Source: an uncultured Clostridia bacterium (GTDB taxonomy: Bacteria; Bacillota; Clostridia; Oscillospirales; Ruminococcaceae). Taken from it: a DNA stretch of 64,000 nucleotides. The DNA lies in the NCBI GenBank assembly GCA_947624675.1, contig CANQLI010000007.1, positions 3,090 to 67,089 of the forward strand, read 5' to 3'. A model generated the notes under the pieces. The model was not told the DNA's origin. It worked only from the letters and a program-made list of their open reading frames with translations, and ran no database searches. The stretch's first letter is position 1. Each line of letters begins with the position of its first letter. The position numbers and the translations under genes are program-made. Positions 48,587 to 56,752 of the stretch are shown in pieces.

Positions 48587-48593
48587 ATTCGCC

Positions 48594-48619
48594 AAAGCCG
48601 CAGAGACCTCTGCGGCTTT
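48594..48619 (+). terminator. Terminator after the lipoprotein gene
   Basis: AAAGCCGCAGAG...CTCTGCGGCTTT. Confidence 0.6.
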
Positions 48620-48913
48620 ATTATGTGCAATAAACTAAATCACTTAAGTTCATCTGTAATATCAAACGGAACAAAACCGAGATAGTCAGCGGGTATGAGC
48701 CTGAAATCTATTCCGTTAACAATGCCGTCATAGCATATTTTTTTATAAAATTACAACCTCATCCTATCTTATTGATTATAATGCAACTCACGATGTTAAA
48801 CTACCATATTATCCAGAAGATAAAACAATAACCCCAGAAGTGACAAAAGCCATTTTAAATGGTGGTCCAAAACATTTAACAAAAAGTAAGTATATTGACA
48901 GATAATATGGTGA

Positions 48914-48979
48914 AGCATAAACAATAAGTTGAAGAATTGCTGCGAAAACGACCTTGGCAATTATTTGGCGGTAAGTTGA
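48914..48979 (+). pseudogene. Integrase 3'-end remnant (last 22 codons)
   Basis: SINNKLKNCCENDLGNYLAVS* against the intact integrase C-terminus SINNKLKNCYENDLGNSLAVS*. Weaker HD...H...Y-like decay can be traced back to about 48800. No upstream ORF or start codon. Confidence 0.6.
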
Positions 48980-48983
48980 GCCG

Positions 48984-49004
48984 AGTGGGACTAAAAGTCC
49001 CACT
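48984..49004. repeat. Island palindrome, copy 1
   Basis: aGTGGGACT-AAA-AGTCCCACt. Confidence 0.9.
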
Positions 49005-49050
49005 TCTTTTCTCTGCGTAAAAATTTGTACTAAAATCTTTGAAATATCCC

Positions 49051-49079
49051 TTGACAAGTCGTAAGTATTGTGTTAAAAT
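49051..49079 (+). promoter_or_regulatory. Promoter of tRNA-Ser
   Basis: TTGACA, 17-bp spacer, TAAAAT preceded by TGT (extended -10), about 50 nt upstream of the tRNA. Confidence 0.6.
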
Positions 49080-49128
49080 AGCTAAGGGTCATGTGTCCCG
49101 TAGTTATTGACAATCTTAAGAATATAAT

Positions 49129-49217
<89 letters not shown>

Positions 49218-49224
49218 CAGCAAT

Positions 49225-49271
49225 AGCTGTGTCAGGTTTTGTTAATTGCCTGACGCAGCTATTTTTCTTTT
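49225..49271 (+). terminator. Terminator after tRNA-Ser
   Basis: AGCTGTGTCAGG-loop-CCTGACGCAGCT followed by ATTTTTCTTTT. Confidence 0.7.
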
Positions 49272-49665
49272 GGATGTTTCTAGATATATCCGGTCAAATA
49301 GCGGTCAACGCAGTTTGACAATAGAATAACAGACTAAAACCGGAGGACTTCTGAGCGTTTCAAAAGCTCTGACTAACAGAACCCATTGGATAACTGTTTG
49401 CTGTATAATTTAATCTTTAATCAACTAAAACCGGCAAGGCAACCGTGATTGAGCGAGTCATCTTTTGAGAACTTACGAGAGTATATACACCCACGAAGGA
49501 CGGCAACCCGTGGACGAGAATACCTGCAAGCAGTCTTGCAAACACAGCGGCCAAAAGAAGTCAACAACTCCCCTGTTACCACAGATGTCACTACAACATT
49601 TAAAGTTGCATACACGCAGGCATAACATAGTTTTGGTCTATAAACAAATACAAGTAATCATAAAT

Positions 49666-49684
49666 GTGGGACTTTTAGTCCCAT
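49666..49684. repeat. Island palindrome, copy 2
   Basis: GTGGGACT-TTT-AGTCCCAT, with one terminal mismatch. Confidence 0.85.
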
Positions 49685-49693
49685 ATCATTTTA

Positions 49694-49723
49694 CTCTCCC
49701 GTGTATGAAAATACATGGGAGAG
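49694..49723 (+). other. Hairpin with a 13-bp stem and GAAA tetraloop, upstream of the int promoter
   Basis: CTCTCCCGTGTAT-GAAA-ATACATGGGAGAG, with one G-T wobble and no U-tract. Confidence 0.6.
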
Positions 49724-49769
49724 ATTTATCAGACAAATGACTTAATATGTCAAATGTCTGTCCATTTAG

Positions 49770-49799
49770 TTGCAATTAGTAAAAAAATGTGTGTATAAT
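49770..49799 (+). promoter_or_regulatory. Candidate int promoter
   Basis: TTGCAA, 18-bp spacer, TATAAT preceded by GTG. Confidence 0.5.
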
Positions 49800-49842
49800 A
49801 AATATTACCCTCTGCCGTTATTGACATAAGGAGGTAATAATT

Positions 49843-50934
49843 ATGATGGACACAAAATCAGTTGAATACTACAAAGATATGTGTATTCAACTTGCATCAG
49901 AAAACTTAAAATTAAGGCAAGAATTAGAAAAACACAAAGGTAAAACACCGATTATTGAATTTTTAGACGATTGGTTAAGTATAATTAAGACTAAGGTAAA
50001 GCCCACAACATTCAGTGGGTATGAAATTCAGATAAAGAAACACTTTAAGCCGTATTTTAAAGGTTATTTTTTAGAGACAACAACAAGTAGTGATATTGAA
50101 AAATACTTTGCATTTAAACTGGAGCAAGGTCTTTCTGCGCAAACTGTTAAGTCTCACCGTTCAACCTTAAGAGCGGCTTTTTCTTATGCGTATAAACACG
50201 ATTTAATTGATGAGAACATTATTAAAAAAACAGATTCCATCAAACCTGACAAATTTGAATATCATATTTTATCATTCAACGAAATATCAAGACTTTTGAT
50301 AATTACCAGAGATATGAATGACTATCCGGCTATTTTACTGTCGGCTCTGTTAGGACTTAGACGCTCAGAAGCTTTGGGGTTAAAGTGGAGCAATATTGAT
50401 TTTAAAAAAAAGATAGCAAGTATAAATTCAACTTGTCTTCGTGTGTATAATTCTAATGAACACACATACGAAACAATTTTGTTGAAGTCAACAAAAAACA
50501 AAACATCTAGCAGACAAATTCCTCTTTCTGAGTTTATGATATTTGAGCTTAAGCGAATCAGAGCATCACAACTAGATAGAGCAAAATCACCGAGATACCA
50601 AAAAGAATATATGGATTATGTTTGCTTAGGAAAAAACGGAGCCCTGTTAAATCCACAGAATGTTTCCCGACATTTCAAAAAGATTCTGGCAGATAACGGA
50701 TTTGACACTAATGTAAGATTTCACGATCTCAGACACTCCTGTGCAACTTATTTGCACAATGAATTGGGCTTTGACATAAAAGATATATCAGTCTATCTCG
50801 GACATTCAAACATCCAAACGACAGGTAATATTTATATGCACGAAAGTGTTAATACAAACATTGCAACAAGCATAAACAATAAGTTGAAGAATTGCTACGA
50901 AAACGACCTTGGCAATTCTTTGGCGGTAAGTTGA
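49843..50934 (+). CDS. int: Tyrosine-type site-specific recombinase/integrase
   Basis: 363 aa. SAM-like N-domain, catalytic residues in GLRRSEALGL, FHDLRHSCATYL and LGHSNIQTTGNIYMH. AAGGAGG RBS. Confidence 0.93.
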   Translation: MMDTKSVEYYKDMCIQLASENLKLRQELEKHKGKTPIIEFLDDWLSIIKTKVKPTTFSGYEIQIKKHFKPYFKGYFLETTTSSDIEKYFAFKLEQGLSAQTVKSHRSTLRAAFSYAYKHDLIDENIIKKTDSIKPDKFEYHILSFNEISRLLIITRDMNDYPAILLSALLGLRRSEALGLKWSNIDFKKKIASINSTCLRVYNSNEHTYETILLKSTKNKTSSRQIPLSEFMIFELKRIRASQLDRAKSPRYQKEYMDYVCLGKNGALLNPQNVSRHFKKILADNGFDTNVRFHDLRHSCATYLHNELGFDIKDISVYLGHSNIQTTGNIYMHESVNTNIATSINNKLKNCYENDLGNSLAVS

Positions 50935-50963
50935 TCCGAGTGGGACTTTTAGTCCCACTCTTT
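50869..50963 (+). repeat. Direct repeat, right copy (about 95 bp)
   Basis: The 3' end of int plus palindrome copy 3. Matches 48914-49008. Confidence 0.85.
50940..50958. repeat. Island palindrome, copy 3
   Basis: GTGGGACT-TTT-AGTCCCAC followed by TCTTTTTTATTTT, then directly the parA RBS. Confidence 0.9.
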
Positions 50964-50985
50964 TTTATTTTAAGGAGGTTTTCAA

Positions 50986-51819
50986 ATGAAAAAAACAAAA
51001 ACAATTGCTGTAGTCAGCGAAAAGGGCGGTGTTGGTAAGACCGCCACACTCTTAAATCTTGCCGGTTCACTCGTAATCAATCAAAGAAAAAAAGTCCTCG
51101 TGGTAGACTTAAATCCACAGCAGGATCTATCAACAAACCTCGGCTATGTACCGCCTACGGTCAAGTCAAAAACAATAAGCGAATACATATACGATCAGTT
51201 GGAAGGTGTGGACTTTCCGATCGTTGCTGAAAGTGACAAAGCCGGATTCATTAAACATACTGATTATGGTCTCGACTATATGCCGGCAAACAGAAACACT
51301 CTTGAGATTTTACCTAGAAACCTTTCGGATTCTGAGGAAGATAATATGTGTATAGCAAATGTGCTTAAAGACAAAATGTTTGCAGACTATGACTATGTGT
51401 TTATTGACTGTAAGGACAGTTTGGTGGCACATCTGGTTCCGCAGGTTTTGATAGCTGCGGATTATGCTATGCCAATAACCGAAGTAGGAATTAACAGCCT
51501 GTTTGATGTTTCTGAGGTTATCAAGAAAATATCTCACAGATACCCGGTGTCAATTATAGGTGTAGTGCTCAACAAGGTGACAGAACAATCGAACATTACC
51601 AAAAATCTTCTGTCAGCCGCAAGAGAGGAATACGGCGAATATCTTTTTAAAACACAGATACCTGACAGAAAAGCACAGATCGAACAGGCAAACGATCTTC
51701 ATCTCCCCTGCGTTATAGCACGGAACAAACACAGAAAGCAAAACACCCTTGCCGGATACTATACAGACTTGGCAACCGAATTTCTTGAAAAGGTAAAGGA
51801 AATGGAGGAGTCAATATGA
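50986..51819 (+). CDS. parA: ParA/Soj-family partition ATPase
   Basis: 277 aa. Deviant Walker A SEKGGVGKT, then VVDLNPQ and IDCKDS. Confidence 0.9.
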   Translation: MKKTKTIAVVSEKGGVGKTATLLNLAGSLVINQRKKVLVVDLNPQQDLSTNLGYVPPTVKSKTISEYIYDQLEGVDFPIVAESDKAGFIKHTDYGLDYMPANRNTLEILPRNLSDSEEDNMCIANVLKDKMFADYDYVFIDCKDSLVAHLVPQVLIAADYAMPITEVGINSLFDVSEVIKKISHRYPVSIIGVVLNKVTEQSNITKNLLSAAREEYGEYLFKTQIPDRKAQIEQANDLHLPCVIARNKHRKQNTLAGYYTDLATEFLEKVKEMEESI

Positions 51820-52751
51820 GTATTATAGAAGCTATGAGAGCAACAAGACAAGCTGAAGATATACAAGATTTTGACTTACCTGCAATAAAGACCAAAACAC
51901 ATAAAGATAAAATTATTGAAATCCCGGTAGGTAATATTTCACCGTACATTGACGAGGATGGAGAAAATCAACCGTTTGATATTGACGGTGAGGATTTAAA
52001 TAGACTTGTGATGTCAATTTCTTCTAACGGTCAGCTAGAACCTATCAAAGTAAAGCAAATATCAGCCGATAAATATATGGTGCTATCTGGTCACAGGCGG
52101 CTTGAAGCCATCAAAAAGCTTAAAAAGCCTACTATAAAAGCTGAGATAGTAAATATACCAACAGAAAAAGAGTTTGAATATGTTTGTAACAGTAATATAT
52201 ACAGGCTGAAAAAATCGCCCTCTTCCCTAGCCAAAATTCTTTTTGGATTTAAAAAGCGAGGAAAGAATGTAACCGACATAGCTGAGATGTTTGGGGTAAA
52301 CAGAAAAACTTGTCATAGGTACCTTAATATAGTAAATTGCATTACTGACCTTCAAGAACTTGGTGATAAAGGCATAATCACAGTTGAAGCTTTTACGGCT
52401 TTACAAAACCTATTGCCTGATGATCAGATCACATTTTCGAGATTTCTTAAAAATACAACTCAGACTGCAAAGCTGACAATAAACCTAAAAAACGCAGATA
52501 TGGTTGAAGATTGTGCATTTACCTGTAGTGAAAAAGGTATTCCGTTTACCGAAGACACCTTATTTGACCTGTTTTTCCCTCAGAAAGTTGATGAGGATAA
52601 CAAAGACGAGGGCGAGGACAAAGACGAAGAGATAAATATAACCATTGAACAACTTATAGCAATTATCCGTGACAAAAACAAAAAGCTATGTGAGATTTCA
52701 GCTATGGATATAATTGAAAAGATTATTGACGCTGCTGAAAGCTTTAAATAG
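51816..52751 (+). CDS. ParB N-terminal-domain protein with an HTH
   Basis: 311 aa. ParB/Srx box LSGHRRLEA, HTH VTDIAEMFGVNRKTCHRYLNIV and an acidic tail. ATGA overlap with parA. Confidence 0.8.
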   Translation: MSIIEAMRATRQAEDIQDFDLPAIKTKTHKDKIIEIPVGNISPYIDEDGENQPFDIDGEDLNRLVMSISSNGQLEPIKVKQISADKYMVLSGHRRLEAIKKLKKPTIKAEIVNIPTEKEFEYVCNSNIYRLKKSPSSLAKILFGFKKRGKNVTDIAEMFGVNRKTCHRYLNIVNCITDLQELGDKGIITVEAFTALQNLLPDDQITFSRFLKNTTQTAKLTINLKNADMVEDCAFTCSEKGIPFTEDTLFDLFFPQKVDEDNKDEGEDKDEEINITIEQLIAIIRDKNKKLCEISAMDIIEKIIDAAESFK

Positions 52752-52759
52752 TATCTTGT

Positions 52760-52778
52760 GTGGGACTTTTAGTCCCAC
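52760..52778. repeat. Island palindrome, copy 4
   Basis: GTGGGACT-TTT-AGTCCCAC, 9 nt after the parB-like stop. Confidence 0.9.
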
Positions 52779-52785
52779 ATTAAAT

Positions 52786-53034
52786 GGGTGCGAGAGCATC
52801 AAGGTTTTTGTTTTTTCCTTTTGCGGTGCAACTCCGCAAGCACCCAACCTCCTAGAAAGTACCGGGCTAAATGCCCGGATATGAAGCGAATAGATACAAA
52901 TGAGGTGCAAATCCTCGCCGCTTCACCAGAGCGGAAACGCTCACAGACATATCTGACTTTCAGATGTTTTTCTTTCCTTTATGTGCGGATGGTGAATATC
53001 ATCTGCACAACGCAAGATAAGCCAGTAGTTGGCT
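52786..53034 (+). other. ORF-free, hairpin-dense, GC-enriched patch (candidate oriT, single-strand promoter or ncRNA)
   Basis: At least 7 hairpins. These include GCGG-TGCAACT-CCGC (52823-52837) and GAGG-TGCAAAT-CCTC (52902-52916) with near-identical loops, CCGGGC-taaat-GCCCGG (52862-52878), CCGCT-tcaccag-AGCGG (52918-52934), and a GGGTGC...GCACCC closing helix. Confidence 0.5.
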
Positions 53035-53073
53035 TAAAAATATATGATTAAATTTAAAGGAGGTTATAATAGT

Positions 53074-53316
53074 ATGAGTTCGCAATCAACGACAAAAAGA
53101 AAACATAAAAAGTCTTTTTTGTCACTGTCTTCCAAAGATCAGCTTATGGAAATAAGGATATTACATACCGGACTTCTTACTTCCGAAGAAATAAGTAAGA
53201 AACTAGGTATAAGCGTTGATTTAGTAAATGCAATTCTAACAACCCATAATTTAAGACCAAATCGTCAGCTTGAACCCGAAGATGACGGATACAAGGTAAA
53301 TGTCTCTGTTTTGTAA
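53074..53316 (+). CDS. Small basic HTH-like protein (80 aa)
   Basis: The ATG at 53074 follows AAAGGAGG. Basic N-terminus and a putative HTH TSEEISKKLGISVDLVNAIL. Function unknown. Confidence 0.55.
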   Translation: MSSQSTTKRKHKKSFLSLSSKDQLMEIRILHTGLLTSEEISKKLGISVDLVNAILTTHNLRPNRQLEPEDDGYKVNVSVL

Positions 53317-53375
53317 TTATTATATTCAACCGTACAAATTCCCGTACAGTTGAATACCCACTACAAGAAAGACAC

Positions 53376-53404
53376 TTGCAATTTTTTTCTTATAGTGGTA
53401 TAAT
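53376..53404 (+). promoter_or_regulatory. Promoter of the 1004-aa dockerin protein gene
   Basis: TTGCAA, 17-bp spacer, TATAAT. The 5' UTR of about 150 nt begins with palindrome copy 5. Confidence 0.6.
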
Positions 53405-53415
53405 TTAGGTGGAAA

Positions 53416-53434
53416 GTGAGACTAAAAGTCCCAC
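53416..53434. repeat. Island palindrome, copy 5
   Basis: GTGAGACT-AAA-AGTCCCAC, with one arm mismatch. Confidence 0.85.
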
Positions 53435-53560
53435 TTACATAAAATCGAGCAGCATATATGGTGAAGACTCAGCCGATATGTAAGATGAAAATGGAAGGTT
53501 GTACTAATACGGGAACGCTGCTTCATACACAATATTTTATTACTTGAAGGAGGTTCTATT

Positions 53561-56500
53561 ATGAACAAAAAAACAAAATTTAAAAATCAAATTATTGGCT
53601 TTCTGACTGCAATTACTATGATTGTCGGTCTGGTTGGTGTAATGCCTGTATCTGCTGAAGACACAGCTAAAGAATTTCGTGCTTGGCTGATGTTTTCAAG
53701 CGGAGATTTTTCAATATTCAGATACCGTCCCGATGAGGTTACTGCAAACGGTGATCCAATCAATATTGATACTGTCGATGACGCTACGATTACAGGGGAC
53801 GGAACGTATACGGTAGGATTAAGTCTCAAACAACTTGAAGGTGGGTACGCAAACGGCGCATCGGTTTTTTGTGTAGAGGTTGACGGTCTTGCCGATACAC
53901 TCGGAATAGGTACAAAAGATCTGGGTATTAAAACTTCAGCTGAAAAGATGGCGTTAGCAAGAGCAAAAGGACTTATCGTTAAGGATGTAAAAGCCGATGG
54001 TTCTTTGGTTGATAATAATCAACTCCTTTATGGAGATCTTGAAGGAACCGGGAATCTGAGAATAGAGATTTACAACCAATATGGAGAAACAGGTAAAACA
54101 TATTCGAAATTTAGTGACAGGGAGTATGATGATTACATTTCGGTAACCTTTACCATTGAGGGAATGAACGCCATAATAAATGGTGATAAACCAACTGATC
54201 CAACTGAAGAACCAACCACAGAACCTACAATAGATCCTACCACCGAGGCGACTAAAGAGCCGACTACGGCAAAGCCGGAGCCAACCACAGGACCTACCAC
54301 AGAGGTGACTACCGAGCTAATCACCGAGCCTGTCTTAGAAGGTGTTTCAATCACCGGAACAATAAAAGCTGTCGGCGCTGAAAATTCCCCTGTCGATGTT
54401 GTAGTTGTCCAGAAAGACAACGGCTATATCGCATACGAAGGTAAGGCGGAAAACGGTGAGATATGTGTTCCGAAGATTTCAGACGGAGAGTACACCGTGA
54501 TGATTGGCAAGACATACTTTGCTTCAAAGTCGTATGATGTTACAGTCGGAGCTGAAACAGTAGAGATTAATGATGAGATCAGCCGTTACGGAGATCTGAA
54601 CTCAGACGGCAAGATAACAACTGTTGATGTTGGAATTGTCAATGCCAACGCAAAGGGTGTATCCTCTCTGAATGTGGATGAATACAAGTTTAAACTTGGA
54701 GATGTCAATCTTGATGACAAGATAACGACTGTTGATGTCGGAATGGTCAATGCACACGCAAAGGGTATTAAAAATCTCAGCACTATTGATCCTAACGAAA
54801 TACTTCCGACAGAACCAACGGAAGAACCGACTGATGAACCCACATCAGAGCCTACATCTGATGAAACATCAGAACCAACGGAAGAACCTACTACAGAGCC
54901 GACAACGGCAAAACCGGGTACTGTGCCAACTCAGCGACCGAATGTAGGAATAATCAAACTTGAAAGCGTAAAGAAAAACAACACTACAGCTACTATAGAT
55001 TACGAAAATGCAAAGAACGGCTATGGCGCTAAGATATGGATTGGTGAAGCATACGGCAATGGAAATAATCCCGCAGGTTCCGGTAAAGTTCCTGTTCCGG
55101 TAAAGGTACAAGGATTTGATGTTTTAACTGCCAAAAACGAAAAAATTGACGATACTTCTTTCAGCCTGACCGGGCTAAGACCTAACAAAACATATTATTA
55201 TGTAATCCAGCCATTTGCCAGATATTATGCTGCGTACTGTTCTAATTGTGAAAAAGAACTTGATTATGGAGCAACAGCTTGTCAATATTGTGGTCTAGAC
55301 ATATTTGAAAAGTGTGAATGGAGAGATCACCCAACTGCATGGATCGAAAATGGTGTTACAAAATATTCTGATCTAAGAATTGTAGTATCATGGGGAACTA
55401 GATACTATGATATGTTTACTACAACTGATAACGGTACAATTAAAATCGAAAAGACAATGAAAGAAAAGTATCAAGCTATAACCGATGAAGCATTACCAAA
55501 GCTTAAGCTTTGGAAGAGCAAGTATCCGAAGACAGAATCCGAACTGTTTAAGGAAGTGACGATCGACGGCGAAGAAATACGTTATTACCCGAGTATTCCT
55601 TTTAACTTATCTGATAATAATTCTATCGAAAAGTATATCAATAAATATGAAAACAGAGATTCAATTGCATTTTCAAGCAATGTAGCATCTGGTGGCGTTT
55701 CGTGGAAAGATGAAGAAGCTGCTTTGCTTTCTGTATCAGATTTGCAAGGAATTTATAGTAATCAGCAGTTGGGTGATTGCTTCAATGATGACGGAACATT
55801 AAAAACATATCTTGACGCTTATACTGATCCCATTGCTTACACCGGAGATATAATGGTTAATGGCGGTAGTAGACTTCAGTGTGATTTTGTTGGAGATGTA
55901 GGAGCTATCGGAAAAAAATGGATAAACCAAAATATCACTTCCGATATGACTACTCAGCAAAAGATAGAAAAAATTAACGAGTATACTATTGAGCTAATGA
56001 ATCAACCGGAGAACGACAATTATTACGGTGATAAAGACTTCACACAACTACCGTTTGTTCCAGGCTCATATAGTAGATGGCATCTATATTGTTGGTCAGG
56101 AGGTGGAATCGATGGCGCTGCAGACCTTTGTTCATCTGTTTTCACACACGAGTCATCGATTACTCAAAGTTATAGTTACGATCTGATCTTTAGATCATTA
56201 TGTTACGCCGCAAATATTGACATATATCACTCCGGGGCTGAAACATTCTTTATTATAGAGAACGGCGAGAGGTACTATACTTGTCCATTGTTAAATGCAC
56301 ACTATAAACTGGGATTGTTTGGTGTTAGTGACATAAATCAGTTTACTAATGTTGCCGGAGCAGATATAGATCGTCTCAATGACGCTATTGATCTTTTAAA
56401 TGAACACTACAAGCCCCTATGGGTGGCTAGAGATGGTGAATACTTAAGCGAGAAAGTGTTGTTTAATTCTAATTGGGAAACAATAGCAAAAATTGATATG

Positions 56501-56575
56501 TACGGAATTACCGGATGTGTTGTAGATATAATTGACAGCAATACCGAGTGTGTAGATTGTTATTTGGGCTGTTGA
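53561..56575 (+). CDS. Secreted multidomain protein: unknown N-domain, PT linkers, Ig-like module, dockerin, Fn3-like module, zinc ribbon and a C-terminal domain of about 430 aa
   Basis: 1004 aa with a signal peptide. Dockerin repeats GDLNSDGKITTVDVGIVNANAKG and GDVNLDDKITTVDVGMVNAHAKG. Zinc ribbon CSNCEKELDYGATACQYCG. Pro/Thr/Glu linkers. Confidence 0.85.
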   Translation: MNKKTKFKNQIIGFLTAITMIVGLVGVMPVSAEDTAKEFRAWLMFSSGDFSIFRYRPDEVTANGDPINIDTVDDATITGDGTYTVGLSLKQLEGGYANGASVFCVEVDGLADTLGIGTKDLGIKTSAEKMALARAKGLIVKDVKADGSLVDNNQLLYGDLEGTGNLRIEIYNQYGETGKTYSKFSDREYDDYISVTFTIEGMNAIINGDKPTDPTEEPTTEPTIDPTTEATKEPTTAKPEPTTGPTTEVTTELITEPVLEGVSITGTIKAVGAENSPVDVVVVQKDNGYIAYEGKAENGEICVPKISDGEYTVMIGKTYFASKSYDVTVGAETVEINDEISRYGDLNSDGKITTVDVGIVNANAKGVSSLNVDEYKFKLGDVNLDDKITTVDVGMVNAHAKGIKNLSTIDPNEILPTEPTEEPTDEPTSEPTSDETSEPTEEPTTEPTTAKPGTVPTQRPNVGIIKLESVKKNNTTATIDYENAKNGYGAKIWIGEAYGNGNNPAGSGKVPVPVKVQGFDVLTAKNEKIDDTSFSLTGLRPNKTYYYVIQPFARYYAAYCSNCEKELDYGATACQYCGLDIFEKCEWRDHPTAWIENGVTKYSDLRIVVSWGTRYYDMFTTTDNGTIKIEKTMKEKYQAITDEALPKLKLWKSKYPKTESELFKEVTIDGEEIRYYPSIPFNLSDNNSIEKYINKYENRDSIAFSSNVASGGVSWKDEEAALLSVSDLQGIYSNQQLGDCFNDDGTLKTYLDAYTDPIAYTGDIMVNGGSRLQCDFVGDVGAIGKKWINQNITSDMTTQQKIEKINEYTIELMNQPENDNYYGDKDFTQLPFVPGSYSRWHLYCWSGGGIDGAADLCSSVFTHESSITQSYSYDLIFRSLCYAANIDIYHSGAETFFIIENGERYYTCPLLNAHYKLGLFGVSDINQFTNVAGADIDRLNDAIDLLNEHYKPLWVARDGEYLSEKVLFNSNWETIAKIDMYGITGCVVDIIDSNTECVDCYLGC

Positions 56576-56660
56576 GTGAAGGTGATAATCAATGTATTGT
56601 CCAAAATGCGGAAGTCAAATATATTGGCTTCCGCCACAGACTAAAATATAAATATAAAAA

Positions 56661-56692
56661 GCCGACTGGTGTAAAAACCGGTCGGCTTTTTT
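56661..56692 (+). terminator. Terminator hairpin, copy 1 of an identical pair
   Basis: GCCGACTGGT-gtaaaa-ACCGGTCGGC followed by T6. A 31-nt stretch is identical to 57457-57487. Confidence 0.8.
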
Positions 56693-56709
56693 GTTTGACA
56701 TAAGATAAA

Positions 56710-56739
56710 TTGACAAAAAATGCAATATTATGTTATAAT
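56710..56739 (+). promoter_or_regulatory. Promoter upstream of the 230-aa membrane/coiled-coil gene
   Basis: TTGACA, 18-bp spacer, TGtTATAAT (extended -10). Confidence 0.6.
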
Positions 56740-56752
56740 AGGAGGTAAAGGA

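Larger units (their letters stand above)
48914..49008 (+). repeat. Direct repeat, left copy (about 95 bp)
   Basis: Matches 50869-50963 with 4 point differences, plus a loop flip (AAA versus TTT) in the embedded palindrome. Confidence 0.85.

Noticed and set aside
49107-49128. TTGACA...TATAAT immediately upstream of tRNA-Ser.
   Set aside because: The spacer is only 10 bp, so it cannot be a functional SigA promoter. The TTGACA-17-TGTTAAAAT element at 49051-49079 is the plausible one.
49421-49740. 64-aa minus-strand and 91-aa plus-strand ORFs between tRNA-Ser and int.
   Set aside because: They overlap each other, lack an RBS and have odd composition. The region is better explained as a structured non-coding spacer.
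49272-49842. Assigning the tRNA-adjacent spacer or the 52.8-kb patch to a named large-RNA or riboswitch family (ROOL/GOLLD-type, c-di-GMP and others).
   Set aside because: I cannot reproduce the family consensus from memory well enough to match it. Only a covariance-model search could justify a name.
52788-53051. 87-aa plus-strand ORF, and a 70-aa minus-strand ORF (52698..52910), in the gap after the parB-like gene.
   Set aside because: Neither has an RBS. Both have Cys/Arg-rich, implausible composition and coincide with a stack of stable hairpins. The region is treated as non-coding structured DNA/RNA.
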